This document shows positions 8,574-17,278 of a stretch of DNA of 64,000 nt, piece by piece. Made by a program: the position numbers and the translations under genes. Below the pieces are notes generated by a model. That model searched no databases and was not told the origin of the DNA. It saw only the letters and a program-made list of their open reading frames with translations. Within the stretch, counting starts at the first letter, position 1; each line of letters starts with the position of its first letter. This DNA is from Planctomycetota bacterium (GTDB taxonomy: Bacteria; Planctomycetota; UBA1135): NCBI GenBank assembly GCA_027623295.1, contig JAQBXR010000007.1, positions 43,552 through 107,551 on the forward strand, read 5' to 3'.

Positions 8574-9986
8574 TCAGGAAATCGGATTCGCGGTGGGGTT
8601 CTGGGCGTCGTCCTTTTTCTGGTCTTGCGGCGGAGTAAACAGTTGCATGCGCCGGAAAAACCAGATAATCGCCGCAAGCTTGAGAACATTGCCCACGTTC
8701 AGTGCCCACCAGATCCCTGCGGCACCCAATCCCAACCCCGCAGAGAACCACCATGCAATCGGAATGCGGACCGCGTTGCCTGCAATGCTGACGTAGGCCA
8801 TTTGCAGAGTGCGGCCAGCGCCGGTCATCATTTGCTGCAAAGTGGAGTAAGCCGCGGTGGCTACTTGGGTGAAAGCGACGATGGCAAGATAAAGCGCGGC
8901 CTCGTCTAGAACCGCTGGGTCGTCGGTGAACCAGGAAGCCATTTCGCGTCCCACTAAAAGCTTGGCAGCAGCGGCCATCATGGCAAACGCAACGGAAAGT
9001 CCAAGGCAACTCATGGCACCACGTTTTGCACCTTGATAATCCAGTGCGCCAAGGCGTCGACCAACAATGCTCGATGCGGCCATGGCAGGGCCCATCATGC
9101 CGCAATAACTCACCGACTCGATGCCGTTAAACCCAACCGCTAAACCTGCTTGAACATTTGCGCCAAGCGGAGCCACACTGGTTTTCATAATGGCTATAAA
9201 ACAACCGGAGTAGGCGGCATGTGAAAAGCCAACTGGAAGGCCCACTCGGACAATGCGTTTGAGTTCTGCTACGTCAAAAGTGCGTTTGAGGAAACCACCT
9301 AAGCCGAACCATTGCTTCAGCGCTAACACTCCAAGTAGAGCGCAAAAGCCGCGCGAGATGCCGGTGGACCAAGCGGCACCTTCCATGCCCATCGCGGGGA
9401 ATCCCCACCAGCCATAAATCATGGCCGGGTTGAGGACCGCGTTGAGCGCCACCGATAAAAGCGACAATAACATAGGCATGACGGTGTTACCCAAACCTAA
9501 GAATACGCAGTCAATCAGTGGTTTAAAGCCGATGAGAGGAAGCACGATGTAAATTGTGCTGAGATACTCCTCTGCAAAAACCGCTGGTGCGCCAAAGCCA
9601 CCTGCCATGCGCACCCAGAACGGGGTGGTCATCCATCCAAGCAGTCCAATGAGGCTAAACCAAATCAATCCCGCACGGCATGCGGTGCCAATGGTGCGCT
9701 CCACGTTGTCATGTTGTCCCGAGCCGCTGTGAAATGCAACACGCGCTAAAACTCCACTGGTGATGATCGACAAAAACGAAAAGTTTAGGATCAACATGAA
9801 GGTGGTTAACCCCATGGCCGCCTGAGCGTCGGGACCAAGGTCGCCAACCCAATACTGGTCGTTCACTCGATACCCAGCGTGCAATAAAAACGACAAGGTA
9901 ATCGGCCATGACAAGCGAAATGCTTCTCGTAGGCTTTCGCGTCGGGTGGTGTTGTGCGCGAGCGGACGGATGGAGGTAGGACCCAA
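8574..9986 (-). CDS. MATE-family efflux transporter
   Basis: 470 aa with about 12 hydrophobic segments and a typical MATE N-terminus (LREAFRLSWPITLSFLL). TTG start. It begins 13 nt upstream of the next gene. Confidence 0.75.
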   Translation of the reverse strand: MGPTSIRPLAHNTTRRESLREAFRLSWPITLSFLLHAGYRVNDQYWVGDLGPDAQAAMGLTTFMLILNFSFLSIITSGVLARVAFHSGSGQHDNVERTIGTACRAGLIWFSLIGLLGWMTTPFWVRMAGGFGAPAVFAEEYLSTIYIVLPLIGFKPLIDCVFLGLGNTVMPMLLSLLSVALNAVLNPAMIYGWWGFPAMGMEGAAWSTGISRGFCALLGVLALKQWFGLGGFLKRTFDVAELKRIVRVGLPVGFSHAAYSGCFIAIMKTSVAPLGANVQAGLAVGFNGIESVSYCGMMGPAMAASSIVGRRLGALDYQGAKRGAMSCLGLSVAFAMMAAAAKLLVGREMASWFTDDPAVLDEAALYLAIVAFTQVATAAYSTLQQMMTGAGRTLQMAYVSIAGNAVRIPIAWWFSAGLGLGAAGIWWALNVGNVLKLAAIIWFFRRMQLFTPPQDQKKDDAQNPTANPIS

Positions 9987-9996
9987 GGCGGGAATC

Positions 9997-11061
9997 CTAC
10001 TTAAAGCGGCGCATCGGAATAGTGACCGCGGTGGGGGAATCGGCGTTCACCGAAGCTTGGCGTATCACTTTGCGATAGGGGCCGCCATAGGCAGAGAAGC
10101 TGTAGTTGCCGGGGGGTAGAGCTGTGAAGACCACCTGACCGTTTTCCCCAAGTGGCAGACTGCCTGAAAAACCAAGACCTTCTCCGGAGCGGGTGGCGAG
10201 GACTCGCATGGTGAGCCAATCTTCGGTCGCGGCTTCGGTGCCATCGAGGAAGTCCACCGTGACCGTTGCGCGGCCCATTTTTGTAACGGTGAAGGAAACA
10301 TAGGCCTCCGGGGCCTCGCGGCTGATGCCAATCACCTGGATTTCGCTCAGCGGATTGCGGAAGGAGCCCACATAGACGTTGAATTCGCCATCGCGCAGTC
10401 CGGTGATGCGAAATTGGCCGTTTTCATCGGTGAGCGAGGTCAAGGGCACCTGACTGGCGCCTGGATTATTACTGCGCAACACCACCGCCACCGGGATTTT
10501 TTCCACCGGCTGGTTCATTTCATCGACCACCACGCCAATTACGCTGGCAGCCGGGACCACCGCAATCGAGGCGAAATGGTTGTTTTGTTCCGGCGACAAG
10601 GTGAGCAGGAGTTCCTGGTCTAAACACTCGGTTGCGGTGAGTTTTAGTGTGTAATTACCAAAGGGGACTCGTTCAAAGCGGAAGGTGGGCGCTTCTTCCG
10701 AGGCCGGTGAAATGCCGATGGCCTCGCCACCGGATTGAGGAATAAGGCTCACCGTGATGGCCTGGGGCCAAATCACCCAATGCGCCGCCACCACGCGTCC
10801 ACGCACAATGCCAAACTTTGGCTGATAGCTCAAGTCGTCGCGCACCGGATCCAGCGGGAGGTCCACTTTCTCCAGCACGGCCGATGCGATGGGTTCGAGT
10901 TCAAGGGAGGACTCCCGTTGGCTCGAGGATCGACCCTTGGCAGGGTCAGGATTCTCGTTTGGGTCGGAAGTGAGCACCCAAAACACCGCCACCGCCAGCA
11001 TAAGCAGTAGGCCGGGGACCCAAAGGTTGGTTCTTCCGAGGTTGGTGCTACGAAAGGGCAT
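9997..11061 (-). CDS. Membrane-anchored protein with carboxypeptidase-regulatory-like (CarboxypepD_reg) beta-sandwich repeats
   Basis: N-terminal TM segment VPGLLLMLAVAVFWVL. Repeats include IGVVVDEMNQPVEKIPVAVVL...TDENGQFRITGLRDGEFNVYVG, GNYTLKLTA and LPPGNYSFSAYG. Confidence 0.55.
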   Translation of the reverse strand: MPFRSTNLGRTNLWVPGLLLMLAVAVFWVLTSDPNENPDPAKGRSSSQRESSLELEPIASAVLEKVDLPLDPVRDDLSYQPKFGIVRGRVVAAHWVIWPQAITVSLIPQSGGEAIGISPASEEAPTFRFERVPFGNYTLKLTATECLDQELLLTLSPEQNNHFASIAVVPAASVIGVVVDEMNQPVEKIPVAVVLRSNNPGASQVPLTSLTDENGQFRITGLRDGEFNVYVGSFRNPLSEIQVIGISREAPEAYVSFTVTKMGRATVTVDFLDGTEAATEDWLTMRVLATRSGEGLGFSGSLPLGENGQVVFTALPPGNYSFSAYGGPYRKVIRQASVNADSPTAVTIPMRRFK

Positions 11062-11106
11062 CAGGCGAGAATAAACTATGTGCCCCCGGTACGTGCACTA
11101 AACATC

Positions 11107-13605
11107 ATGATTCGTCGACCTCTCCCTTTCGCTGCGCTGGCCCTCTTGTCGGGCCTCGCCGCAATCCCTTTATTCGCCCACACCTCCGGCTCCGGCGATT
11201 CTGCTCCAAACACGAGCGGTTCTTCTGAGCAGAAGGCGCAGCGCGTGGTGGTCCTCGGCATGGACGGCATGGATGCCGAAGTGACTGGCGACTGGATGGA
11301 TGCCGGTGAGCTGCCGAACTTTCAGCGGCTCCGCGAGGGCGGCACCTTTGCACCACTCATGCCAGCCAACCCTGCGCAGTCTCCGGTTTCTTGGGCAACC
11401 TTGAACACGGGTGTGAACCCGGGCAAGCACGGCATTTTTGACTTTGTGGGTATTGCACGCGGAAGCAAGAGCAGCCCGGTTACGCCCAACATTGGCTTTC
11501 AAGAGGCTAAGTACTTCACGGCAGAAGAGCTGGGCATGAGTCCAGCCGGCGGCGATTCGAACTACGCAATTATGGGTGGAGGTTTGGTTCTCGGTTTGGT
11601 GCTTTTACTCGGCATTGGTCGGTTGAATAAGCCTGCCGGTTTGGTGATTGGTCTGGCGGTTGCCGGTGGCGCCGTGTTCTTCGGACAGGGCGGTGATGCC
11701 GTGTTGCCAGAGAAGTTCAAAGATTACGAAAGCTCGAACCACGCAAAAAATTATTGGGAGTCGCTCGATGAAAACGGGATTGAGTTCCGTGGACAGGGCA
11801 CGATTGTGGCTTACCCAACGCAAGAGTTGAAGCACGGCAAGTTGATTGCCGGTCTTGGAGCTCCCGACGCAAAAGGTGGCTTGAACTCAAGCGCGATTTA
11901 CACCACCGCAAAGGAACGAAAAGGACGACGTAAAAACTACGACTCTCTTCCTGCAACGGTGATTGAAGAAACCGAAGACTTCAACGTTCGGGTGGGCAAA
12001 AACGCCGGTACTACGCGCGTATTTGAGTTTGTGAAGGAAGGCAACGTGCTTAAGTCGCACCTTTACGGCCCAGCAAACTCCATCCTGAAGAGTAGCTTGA
12101 CCACCGAGCGCAATGAATTGCAGGAAAGTGACAGTGACCCAGAACGCCTTAAGCAGCTAGTTGCTTTGGTAGGCGATGGACGTCGTAGTTTTGGCAACTC
12201 CGACCTTCTGGACACATCCGTTCCGATCTCTGCAACTTGGACCAAAGGCGCTTCGGTGGACTTGACCGTTGCTGAGGTTGCGCAAAACATCGCGCTGAAC
12301 CATTGGAGCGATTTCTATCAAGTGGAATTCCCATGGCACCCTTCTTACAGCACTTGGGCTTTGGTCCGTTTCTGGGTAGAAGAGCGTGACGGTGAATTGG
12401 AAATCTTTGCATCGCCATTGCAGATCGACCCGCAACATCCGACTCCTGGCAGCCGCATCAGCTGGCCGGCAAGCTTCGCCGCGGACATCGAATCGCGGAT
12501 TGGACGCTTTGAAACTTTGGGTTGGGCGTGTCAAACCCACGCCGTGAAAGATGCAGAGCTTTCAGACGACGCCTTCTTGGCAGACATCGAGTTCACTCTC
12601 GGATGGCGTACTAAGATGCTGAAAGATGCCGTCGAGCAGGGCGACTGGAAAGTGTTGTTCCACTTCTTCGGAACGCCGGACCGCATTTTTCACATGCTTA
12701 TGCGTCACATGGATCGGCTGCACCCACAGTTCGACGAAGCCGAGGCAAACCGCATGGTTCATTACTTCGGTCAAGACTTTGCACTCAAAGACAGTGGCTT
12801 GGTCATTTACAAAGAGATGGACAAGATTGTCGGCTACGTGCTGGATGAAGTCCTAGCGGAAGACGATGTCATGATGATCGTTTCTGACCATGGCTTCGAT
12901 AGCTTCCGCCGTCAAGTAGATTTGAACGCTTGGTTGGCACAAGAAGGCTTCATGGCTTTGGCCAATAAGTCTGCACTTGGCATTCCAAAGACCGCAAAGG
13001 AAATGAGCAGAAGTGCGCTGAATTTCATTGATTGGCGCGAGTCTCAGGCCTACTCGGTGGCCATCGGCAAAATCTACCTCAACCGGAAGGGGCGTGAATC
13101 TAAAGGCATCGTGACCGATGAAGATGCCGACGCCGTGCTCCAGGAAATCAGTGATCGCCTTTACGCGATGACCGATCCAGATTCGGGCGAGAAGGTTGTA
13201 AAGAAGGTTTATCTACGCGATGACCTTTACAGCGGACCTTATGTGCACCGTTCGGAAACCGGTGGCGAAGGCGCTGCGGAAATCACCATTGACTTCTACC
13301 CGGGTTATCGCGCTTCTTGGTCGGTGACCGGTGGTGGAATCACTTTGGCCGATGGTGAGAACGAAGATGGCGACAAGATTGCTATTCCGGGTGCCTTCAT
13401 CTATGACAACGATTACGCATGGTCGGGTGACCACTGTGGAGTCGACATCATGGAAGTGCAGGGCATCTTCTTCAGTAACAAGCAGTTGGCCTTGCCCTCT
13501 GGAGATGAGTGGTACGACGCCACGCACCTTGCTCCAACAGTGTTGGACTTGCAGGGCGTTGCGATCCCTGAAAATTACGATCGCGCCCCGCTACAACTTA
13601 AGTAA
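11107..13605 (+). CDS. Alkaline-phosphatase-superfamily enzyme, type I phosphodiesterase/nucleotide pyrophosphatase-like (large paralog 1)
   Basis: VVVLGMDGMD, AQSPVSWATLNTGVNPGKHGIFDF, MIVSDHGFDSF and YAWSGDHCG. Signal peptide MIRRPLPFAALALLSGLAAIPLFA from ATG 11107 (the ORF-track GTG is at 11080). An internal hydrophobic hairpin reads IMGGGLVLGLVLLLGIG...AGLVIGLAVAGGAVFFG. Confidence 0.8.
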   Translation: MIRRPLPFAALALLSGLAAIPLFAHTSGSGDSAPNTSGSSEQKAQRVVVLGMDGMDAEVTGDWMDAGELPNFQRLREGGTFAPLMPANPAQSPVSWATLNTGVNPGKHGIFDFVGIARGSKSSPVTPNIGFQEAKYFTAEELGMSPAGGDSNYAIMGGGLVLGLVLLLGIGRLNKPAGLVIGLAVAGGAVFFGQGGDAVLPEKFKDYESSNHAKNYWESLDENGIEFRGQGTIVAYPTQELKHGKLIAGLGAPDAKGGLNSSAIYTTAKERKGRRKNYDSLPATVIEETEDFNVRVGKNAGTTRVFEFVKEGNVLKSHLYGPANSILKSSLTTERNELQESDSDPERLKQLVALVGDGRRSFGNSDLLDTSVPISATWTKGASVDLTVAEVAQNIALNHWSDFYQVEFPWHPSYSTWALVRFWVEERDGELEIFASPLQIDPQHPTPGSRISWPASFAADIESRIGRFETLGWACQTHAVKDAELSDDAFLADIEFTLGWRTKMLKDAVEQGDWKVLFHFFGTPDRIFHMLMRHMDRLHPQFDEAEANRMVHYFGQDFALKDSGLVIYKEMDKIVGYVLDEVLAEDDVMMIVSDHGFDSFRRQVDLNAWLAQEGFMALANKSALGIPKTAKEMSRSALNFIDWRESQAYSVAIGKIYLNRKGRESKGIVTDEDADAVLQEISDRLYAMTDPDSGEKVVKKVYLRDDLYSGPYVHRSETGGEGAAEITIDFYPGYRASWSVTGGGITLADGENEDGDKIAIPGAFIYDNDYAWSGDHCGVDIMEVQGIFFSNKQLALPSGDEWYDATHLAPTVLDLQGVAIPENYDRAPLQLK

Positions 13606-13644
13606 CGGGACGCGATGTGGGAATGTCGGTGGCAGAGTTTCGGC

Positions 13645-14151
13645 TCAGTCGCCGGCGTAACCAAGCCCGCTTAGGTCGACACCAGGGCCATTGGTGCGGA
13701 TGGCTTCAAAAGCAGCAGCAGGCTTTCCTAGCTTTTCTTTGAGGTCCGGGAAGGTAGCCAATGCATAGGCGACCATTTCATCGCCAGCATCTGGCATGGC
13801 GGCAGCAACCGCAGCATCGCAAAGTTTGAGCAAGCCATCGCCGGTGAGGTGATCTGCATGGTCAGCTTTGAGGCGATCGAAAGCAGCCATGGCGCCTTCT
13901 TCATTGCTGTCATCGAGGTGCAGGTTGACCAAAGCGAGCAAGGCATCGCCCTGAAGTTTGGCATCGCCGTTTGCTGCAGCGTACTCATAGCCAGCTTGTG
14001 CGGTTGCAACGTTGTCAGAAGCAGCAGCGGCATCGGCCTGGTCCATGGCAGCAACCGGATCGGTGAAAGTCGCAGCGGTTTCTTTGGAATCGCCAGAGCA
14101 AGCGGCAAGGCCGAGCGCCAGGACGAGGGGGAGTGTGTGAGTGAAACGCAT
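13645..14151 (-). CDS. Small lipoprotein of unknown function (paralog A)
   Basis: The lipobox-type signal is LVLALGLAAC-SG. The rest is Ala/Asp-rich and helical. It is collinear with the neighbouring 164-aa lipoprotein. Confidence 0.7.
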   Translation of the reverse strand: MRFTHTLPLVLALGLAACSGDSKETAATFTDPVAAMDQADAAAASDNVATAQAGYEYAAANGDAKLQGDALLALVNLHLDDSNEEGAMAAFDRLKADHADHLTGDGLLKLCDAAVAAAMPDAGDEMVAYALATFPDLKEKLGKPAAAFEAIRTNGPGVDLSGLGYAGD

Positions 14152-14219
14152 GATGGTTGTCGGGTCGGAGATTTCCGGGGAGGAATCTTACTCTTTACGG
14201 CTAGGGGGTGTTGAAATTA

Positions 14220-14714
14220 TTAGTCGTGAGCACATCCAATCTGACTTAGGCCGCCACTTTTAATCAAGGTTCGGATCCTGGTGTACTCTTCATCTATGAC
14301 AATCCACCTGTCTTGTAGCTCAGGGTATTCCTCACTGGCAAGCTGCAGCATGGGCTCGCCGAGCTCGGCCATGTTGGCGGTGATCGCCAGGTTACACAGG
14401 TTGCGGAGTTTCTCAGCGGATAAGAGTGGCATGTGGTCCGCAACCAGGCAATCAAAAATCAGCAAGCCTTGGTCGGTTTTGCCATAGCGCAAATGGACGT
14501 CAAGTAGGCCGAAAAGGGCTTCAGAAGCCATTTCTTCACTCCCATGCTCCAAGGCATACGCGAAGCCAGCCTCGGCGGTCATGGGGTGATTCGCGGCAAT
14601 TGCTGCATCGGCTATGACGAGCGCTGCAACGGGGTCGTCGAAGTTGGGGATGACCTCTTCTTTTTCGCATGCTGCGAGGCAGAACAAGAGGAGTAGGGAG
14701 GTGACGGACTTCAT
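14220..14714 (-). CDS. Small lipoprotein of unknown function (paralog B)
   Basis: The signal is LLLLFCLAAC-EK. DPVAALVIADAAIAANHPMTAEAGFAYALEHG... aligns with DPVAAMDQADAAAASDNVATAQAGYEYAAANG... of paralog A. Confidence 0.7.
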   Translation of the reverse strand: MKSVTSLLLLFCLAACEKEEVIPNFDDPVAALVIADAAIAANHPMTAEAGFAYALEHGSEEMASEALFGLLDVHLRYGKTDQGLLIFDCLVADHMPLLSAEKLRNLCNLAITANMAELGEPMLQLASEEYPELQDRWIVIDEEYTRIRTLIKSGGLSQIGCAHD

Positions 14715-14817
14715 AAGGACTTCCTTGAAATCAAAGTCTACTTTTTGTGGCTCCAGGTGGGCCGAAAAACTGGAAAAACCCTCGTTGCAGGGGGGGGTCG
14801 CGCTCCGATAAGGCTAC

Positions 14818-14866
14818 GATTGGAGTAAGAAAGCACTCACAAGGGGTATCTATTCGCACTCCAATC
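14818..14866. promoter_or_regulatory. Perfect 9-bp inverted repeat (GATTGGAGT-N31-ACTCCAATC) 36 nt upstream of the RHH gene and sat
   Basis: Read directly: arms at 14818-14826 and 14858-14866. It could be an operator or a 5'-UTR stem. No function has been demonstrated. Confidence 0.3.
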
Positions 14867-14901
14867 AGGTAACCTGTCTCACTTCTAATCTTCCTTGGAT
14901 C

Positions 14902-15120
14902 ATGCAAAAAGAAACACGAGTCACTGTTAAAATCCCACGTCCGCTTTACCGGCGGATTCAGCAGGTGATTGCTAACACGGGTTTCTCGTCACCAACCGAG
15001 TTCATCGTTTACGTCCTCAGGGACCTGATGAGCGAAGTTGAGACCAAGGAAGAGCAGGAATTTAGCCCTGAAGAATTGCAGGCCATTACGCAGAAGTTGA
15101 AAAACCTCGGATACCTGTAA
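14902..15120 (+). CDS. Small ribbon-helix-helix (CopG/Arc/MetJ-like) protein, paralog 1
   Basis: The beta-strand VTVKIP is followed by helices PLYRRIQQVIANTG and FSSPTEFIVYVLRDLM. An acidic linker and a C-terminal LKNLGYL tail follow. The gene lies 36 nt upstream of sat. Confidence 0.65.
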   Translation: MQKETRVTVKIPRPLYRRIQQVIANTGFSSPTEFIVYVLRDLMSEVETKEEQEFSPEELQAITQKLKNLGYL

Positions 15121-15155
15121 ACCCTTTTAAACAAACCATTTAACCTTTCAGAATC

Positions 15156-16307
15156 ATGATTGCTCCGCACGGTGGAAACCTGATCAACCGCGTCGTCGAA
15201 GGTGGCGAGCGCGAATCCTTGCTCGCAAAGGCAGCCTCTTTGCCGGCTCTCACCCTCAACTCCCGCGAAACCAGCGATTTTGAAATGATCGCCACTGGCG
15301 CCATGAGTCCTTTGGAAGGTTTCATGGGAGAAGCCGATTACCACGGTGTCGTGGAAAACATGCACCTCGCATCGGGTCTCGCTTGGCCACTACCTGTGGT
15401 TCTTGCAGCAAAGGATGGCGAGTCCGCAGTTGCGGGTTCTGAGTACGCCCTGAAAGGCGAAGACGGAACCATTCTTGGTGTCATCGCCGTAGACAGTGTC
15501 TACAGCCCTGACAAGAAGAACGAGCTAGTGAAGTGCTATCAGGGTGACGAAGATCACCCAGCATGGGGCTACCTCGCATCCATCGGTGACACCTACATTG
15601 GTGGTCAAATCACCATGGCAAATCTGCCTGCTTACGAGAAGCACAACGATTTCCGCCTCACTCCAGTGCAAACCCGCGCTGCCTTCGCTGAGAAGGGTTG
15701 GAACAGCATTGTTGCTTTTCAAACACGTAACCCAATTCACCGGGCTCACGAATACCTAACCAAAGTGGCACTTGAGCAGACCGATGGTCTCTTGATTCAC
15801 CCATTGGTTGGCGACACCAAGGCAGATGACATTCCATCGGATACCCGCATGGAGTGCTATCACGCACTGCTGAACAAGTACTACCCACTCGATCGCACCA
15901 TGCTCGGCGTTTACCCGCAGGCCATGCGTTACGGCGGTCCACGTGAGGCGATTCTGCACGCGCTTTGCCGTCAGAACTACGGTTGTACTCACATCATCAT
16001 TGGTCGCGATCACGCTGGCGTAGGTTCTTACTACGGCACCTTCGATGCCCAACAGATTTTCAACCAGTTTCCCGATGGAGAGATTCTCATCGAGACCTTA
16101 CTTTTTGAGCATGCTTTTTACTGCAAGTTGACCGGCGGCATGGCTTCCACGAAGTCCAGCCCAGCCACTAAAGACCAGAAGGTCTTCCTTTCCGGTACCA
16201 AGGGGCGTGAAATGCTAGCAAATGGCGTACGTCCGCCAGCTGAGTTCACGCGTCCTGAAGTCGCCGACATCCTGATCGCTTCCTACGCTCAACCGGCGCA
16301 GGCTTAG
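15156..16307 (+). CDS. sat: Sulfate adenylyltransferase (ATP sulfurylase)
   Basis: QTRNPIHRAHEYL and IIGRDHAGVG motifs at a homo-oligomeric Sat length (383 aa). Confidence 0.92.
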   Translation: MIAPHGGNLINRVVEGGERESLLAKAASLPALTLNSRETSDFEMIATGAMSPLEGFMGEADYHGVVENMHLASGLAWPLPVVLAAKDGESAVAGSEYALKGEDGTILGVIAVDSVYSPDKKNELVKCYQGDEDHPAWGYLASIGDTYIGGQITMANLPAYEKHNDFRLTPVQTRAAFAEKGWNSIVAFQTRNPIHRAHEYLTKVALEQTDGLLIHPLVGDTKADDIPSDTRMECYHALLNKYYPLDRTMLGVYPQAMRYGGPREAILHALCRQNYGCTHIIIGRDHAGVGSYYGTFDAQQIFNQFPDGEILIETLLFEHAFYCKLTGGMASTKSSPATKDQKVFLSGTKGREMLANGVRPPAEFTRPEVADILIASYAQPAQA

Positions 16308-16336
16308 TCCCTCAAAACATCGCAAGCTAGAGACTC

Positions 16337-17248
16337 ATGTTTGGATTTGGTAAAAAACGCGAGAACAACCATCTGTTCATCATCACACTCGACTCGTGCC
16401 GCTTTGACTCGTTCATGGCGGCCGAGCCGGAGAACATCGCCAAATTGTGCGGTGGTCTCAGTAATGTTGAAAAGCGTTATTCCTACGCTGGATGGACCGC
16501 TCCGTCTCACTACAACCTCCTGACCGGCTTAGTGCCGCACAGTAGTCCTACCGAGGTTTACGCTTCGGAGTACTACAAAGAGGATCTCTACAAGTTCAAG
16601 GATCGCCTTGGTGTGGAGGAGGCTGGCTTTGAAGCCATGATTCCGCATCTATGGCTTCCGGCTTACATGAAGAAAAAGGGCTATGAAACTCATGCTCTTG
16701 TTTCTTTGCCGGTTTTGAACCCTGCTACCGGGATTAACCGCGACTTTGACACTTTCAAACTCATGCCAAAGCACAACGACATGTTGGCTATGTTGGATGA
16801 TATGGAAGCACACAAGAAGCGTGATTCCAAGGGTCTTAAGGGCAACACTCCACAGTTCTACTTGATGAACGTGGGTGAAACTCACTATCCATATGGCTTG
16901 CCCGATGAGGACAAGAACGATTTGCCGCACATCTCTGGTGTGAATGGTATTTTCAAGAAGCTGGATAAGCAGATTGGTGACGACGGCGTCTTGATCTCGG
17001 ACAAAGAGTCCGGCGATTTCATGGACGCAGACATCATCGAGAAGTGCCGCCAGCGCCAAATCAACACGGTGAAGTATCTCGATCAAGAGGTCTTCCCACG
17101 GTTTTACGACCTGCTACCGAAAGATAGCTGGGTCATTGTTACTGCTGACCACGGTGAACTGTTCGGTGAAGGTGGCTACTTTGGCCACGGCCCGATCATG
17201 CACGAAAAGTGTTTCGAGGTTCCCTTCCTCGAAGGCAAACTCAAATAA
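16337..17248 (+). CDS. Small cytoplasmic alkaline-phosphatase-superfamily enzyme (NPP/type I phosphodiesterase-like, Thr nucleophile)
   Basis: IITLDSCRFD (metal-ligand Asp). GWTAPSHYNLLTGLVP resembles the NPP motif TFPNHYSIVTGLYP. VIVTADHGELFGEGGYFGHG is also present. There is no signal peptide. The gene lies 29 nt after sat and 30 nt before cysC. Confidence 0.7.
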   Translation: MFGFGKKRENNHLFIITLDSCRFDSFMAAEPENIAKLCGGLSNVEKRYSYAGWTAPSHYNLLTGLVPHSSPTEVYASEYYKEDLYKFKDRLGVEEAGFEAMIPHLWLPAYMKKKGYETHALVSLPVLNPATGINRDFDTFKLMPKHNDMLAMLDDMEAHKKRDSKGLKGNTPQFYLMNVGETHYPYGLPDEDKNDLPHISGVNGIFKKLDKQIGDDGVLISDKESGDFMDADIIEKCRQRQINTVKYLDQEVFPRFYDLLPKDSWVIVTADHGELFGEGGYFGHGPIMHEKCFEVPFLEGKLK

Positions 17249-17278
17249 TCATCCCCGTTTAACAAGAAGATTAGACCC

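Noticed and set aside
14902-15120. RHH proteins (also 22240..22437) as antitoxins of toxin-antitoxin modules
   Set aside because: No small toxin-like ORF (RelE, ParE, VapC, MazF types) is adjacent. The flanking genes are sat and an AP-family gene. The two RHH proteins are paralogs of each other rather than members of TA pairs.
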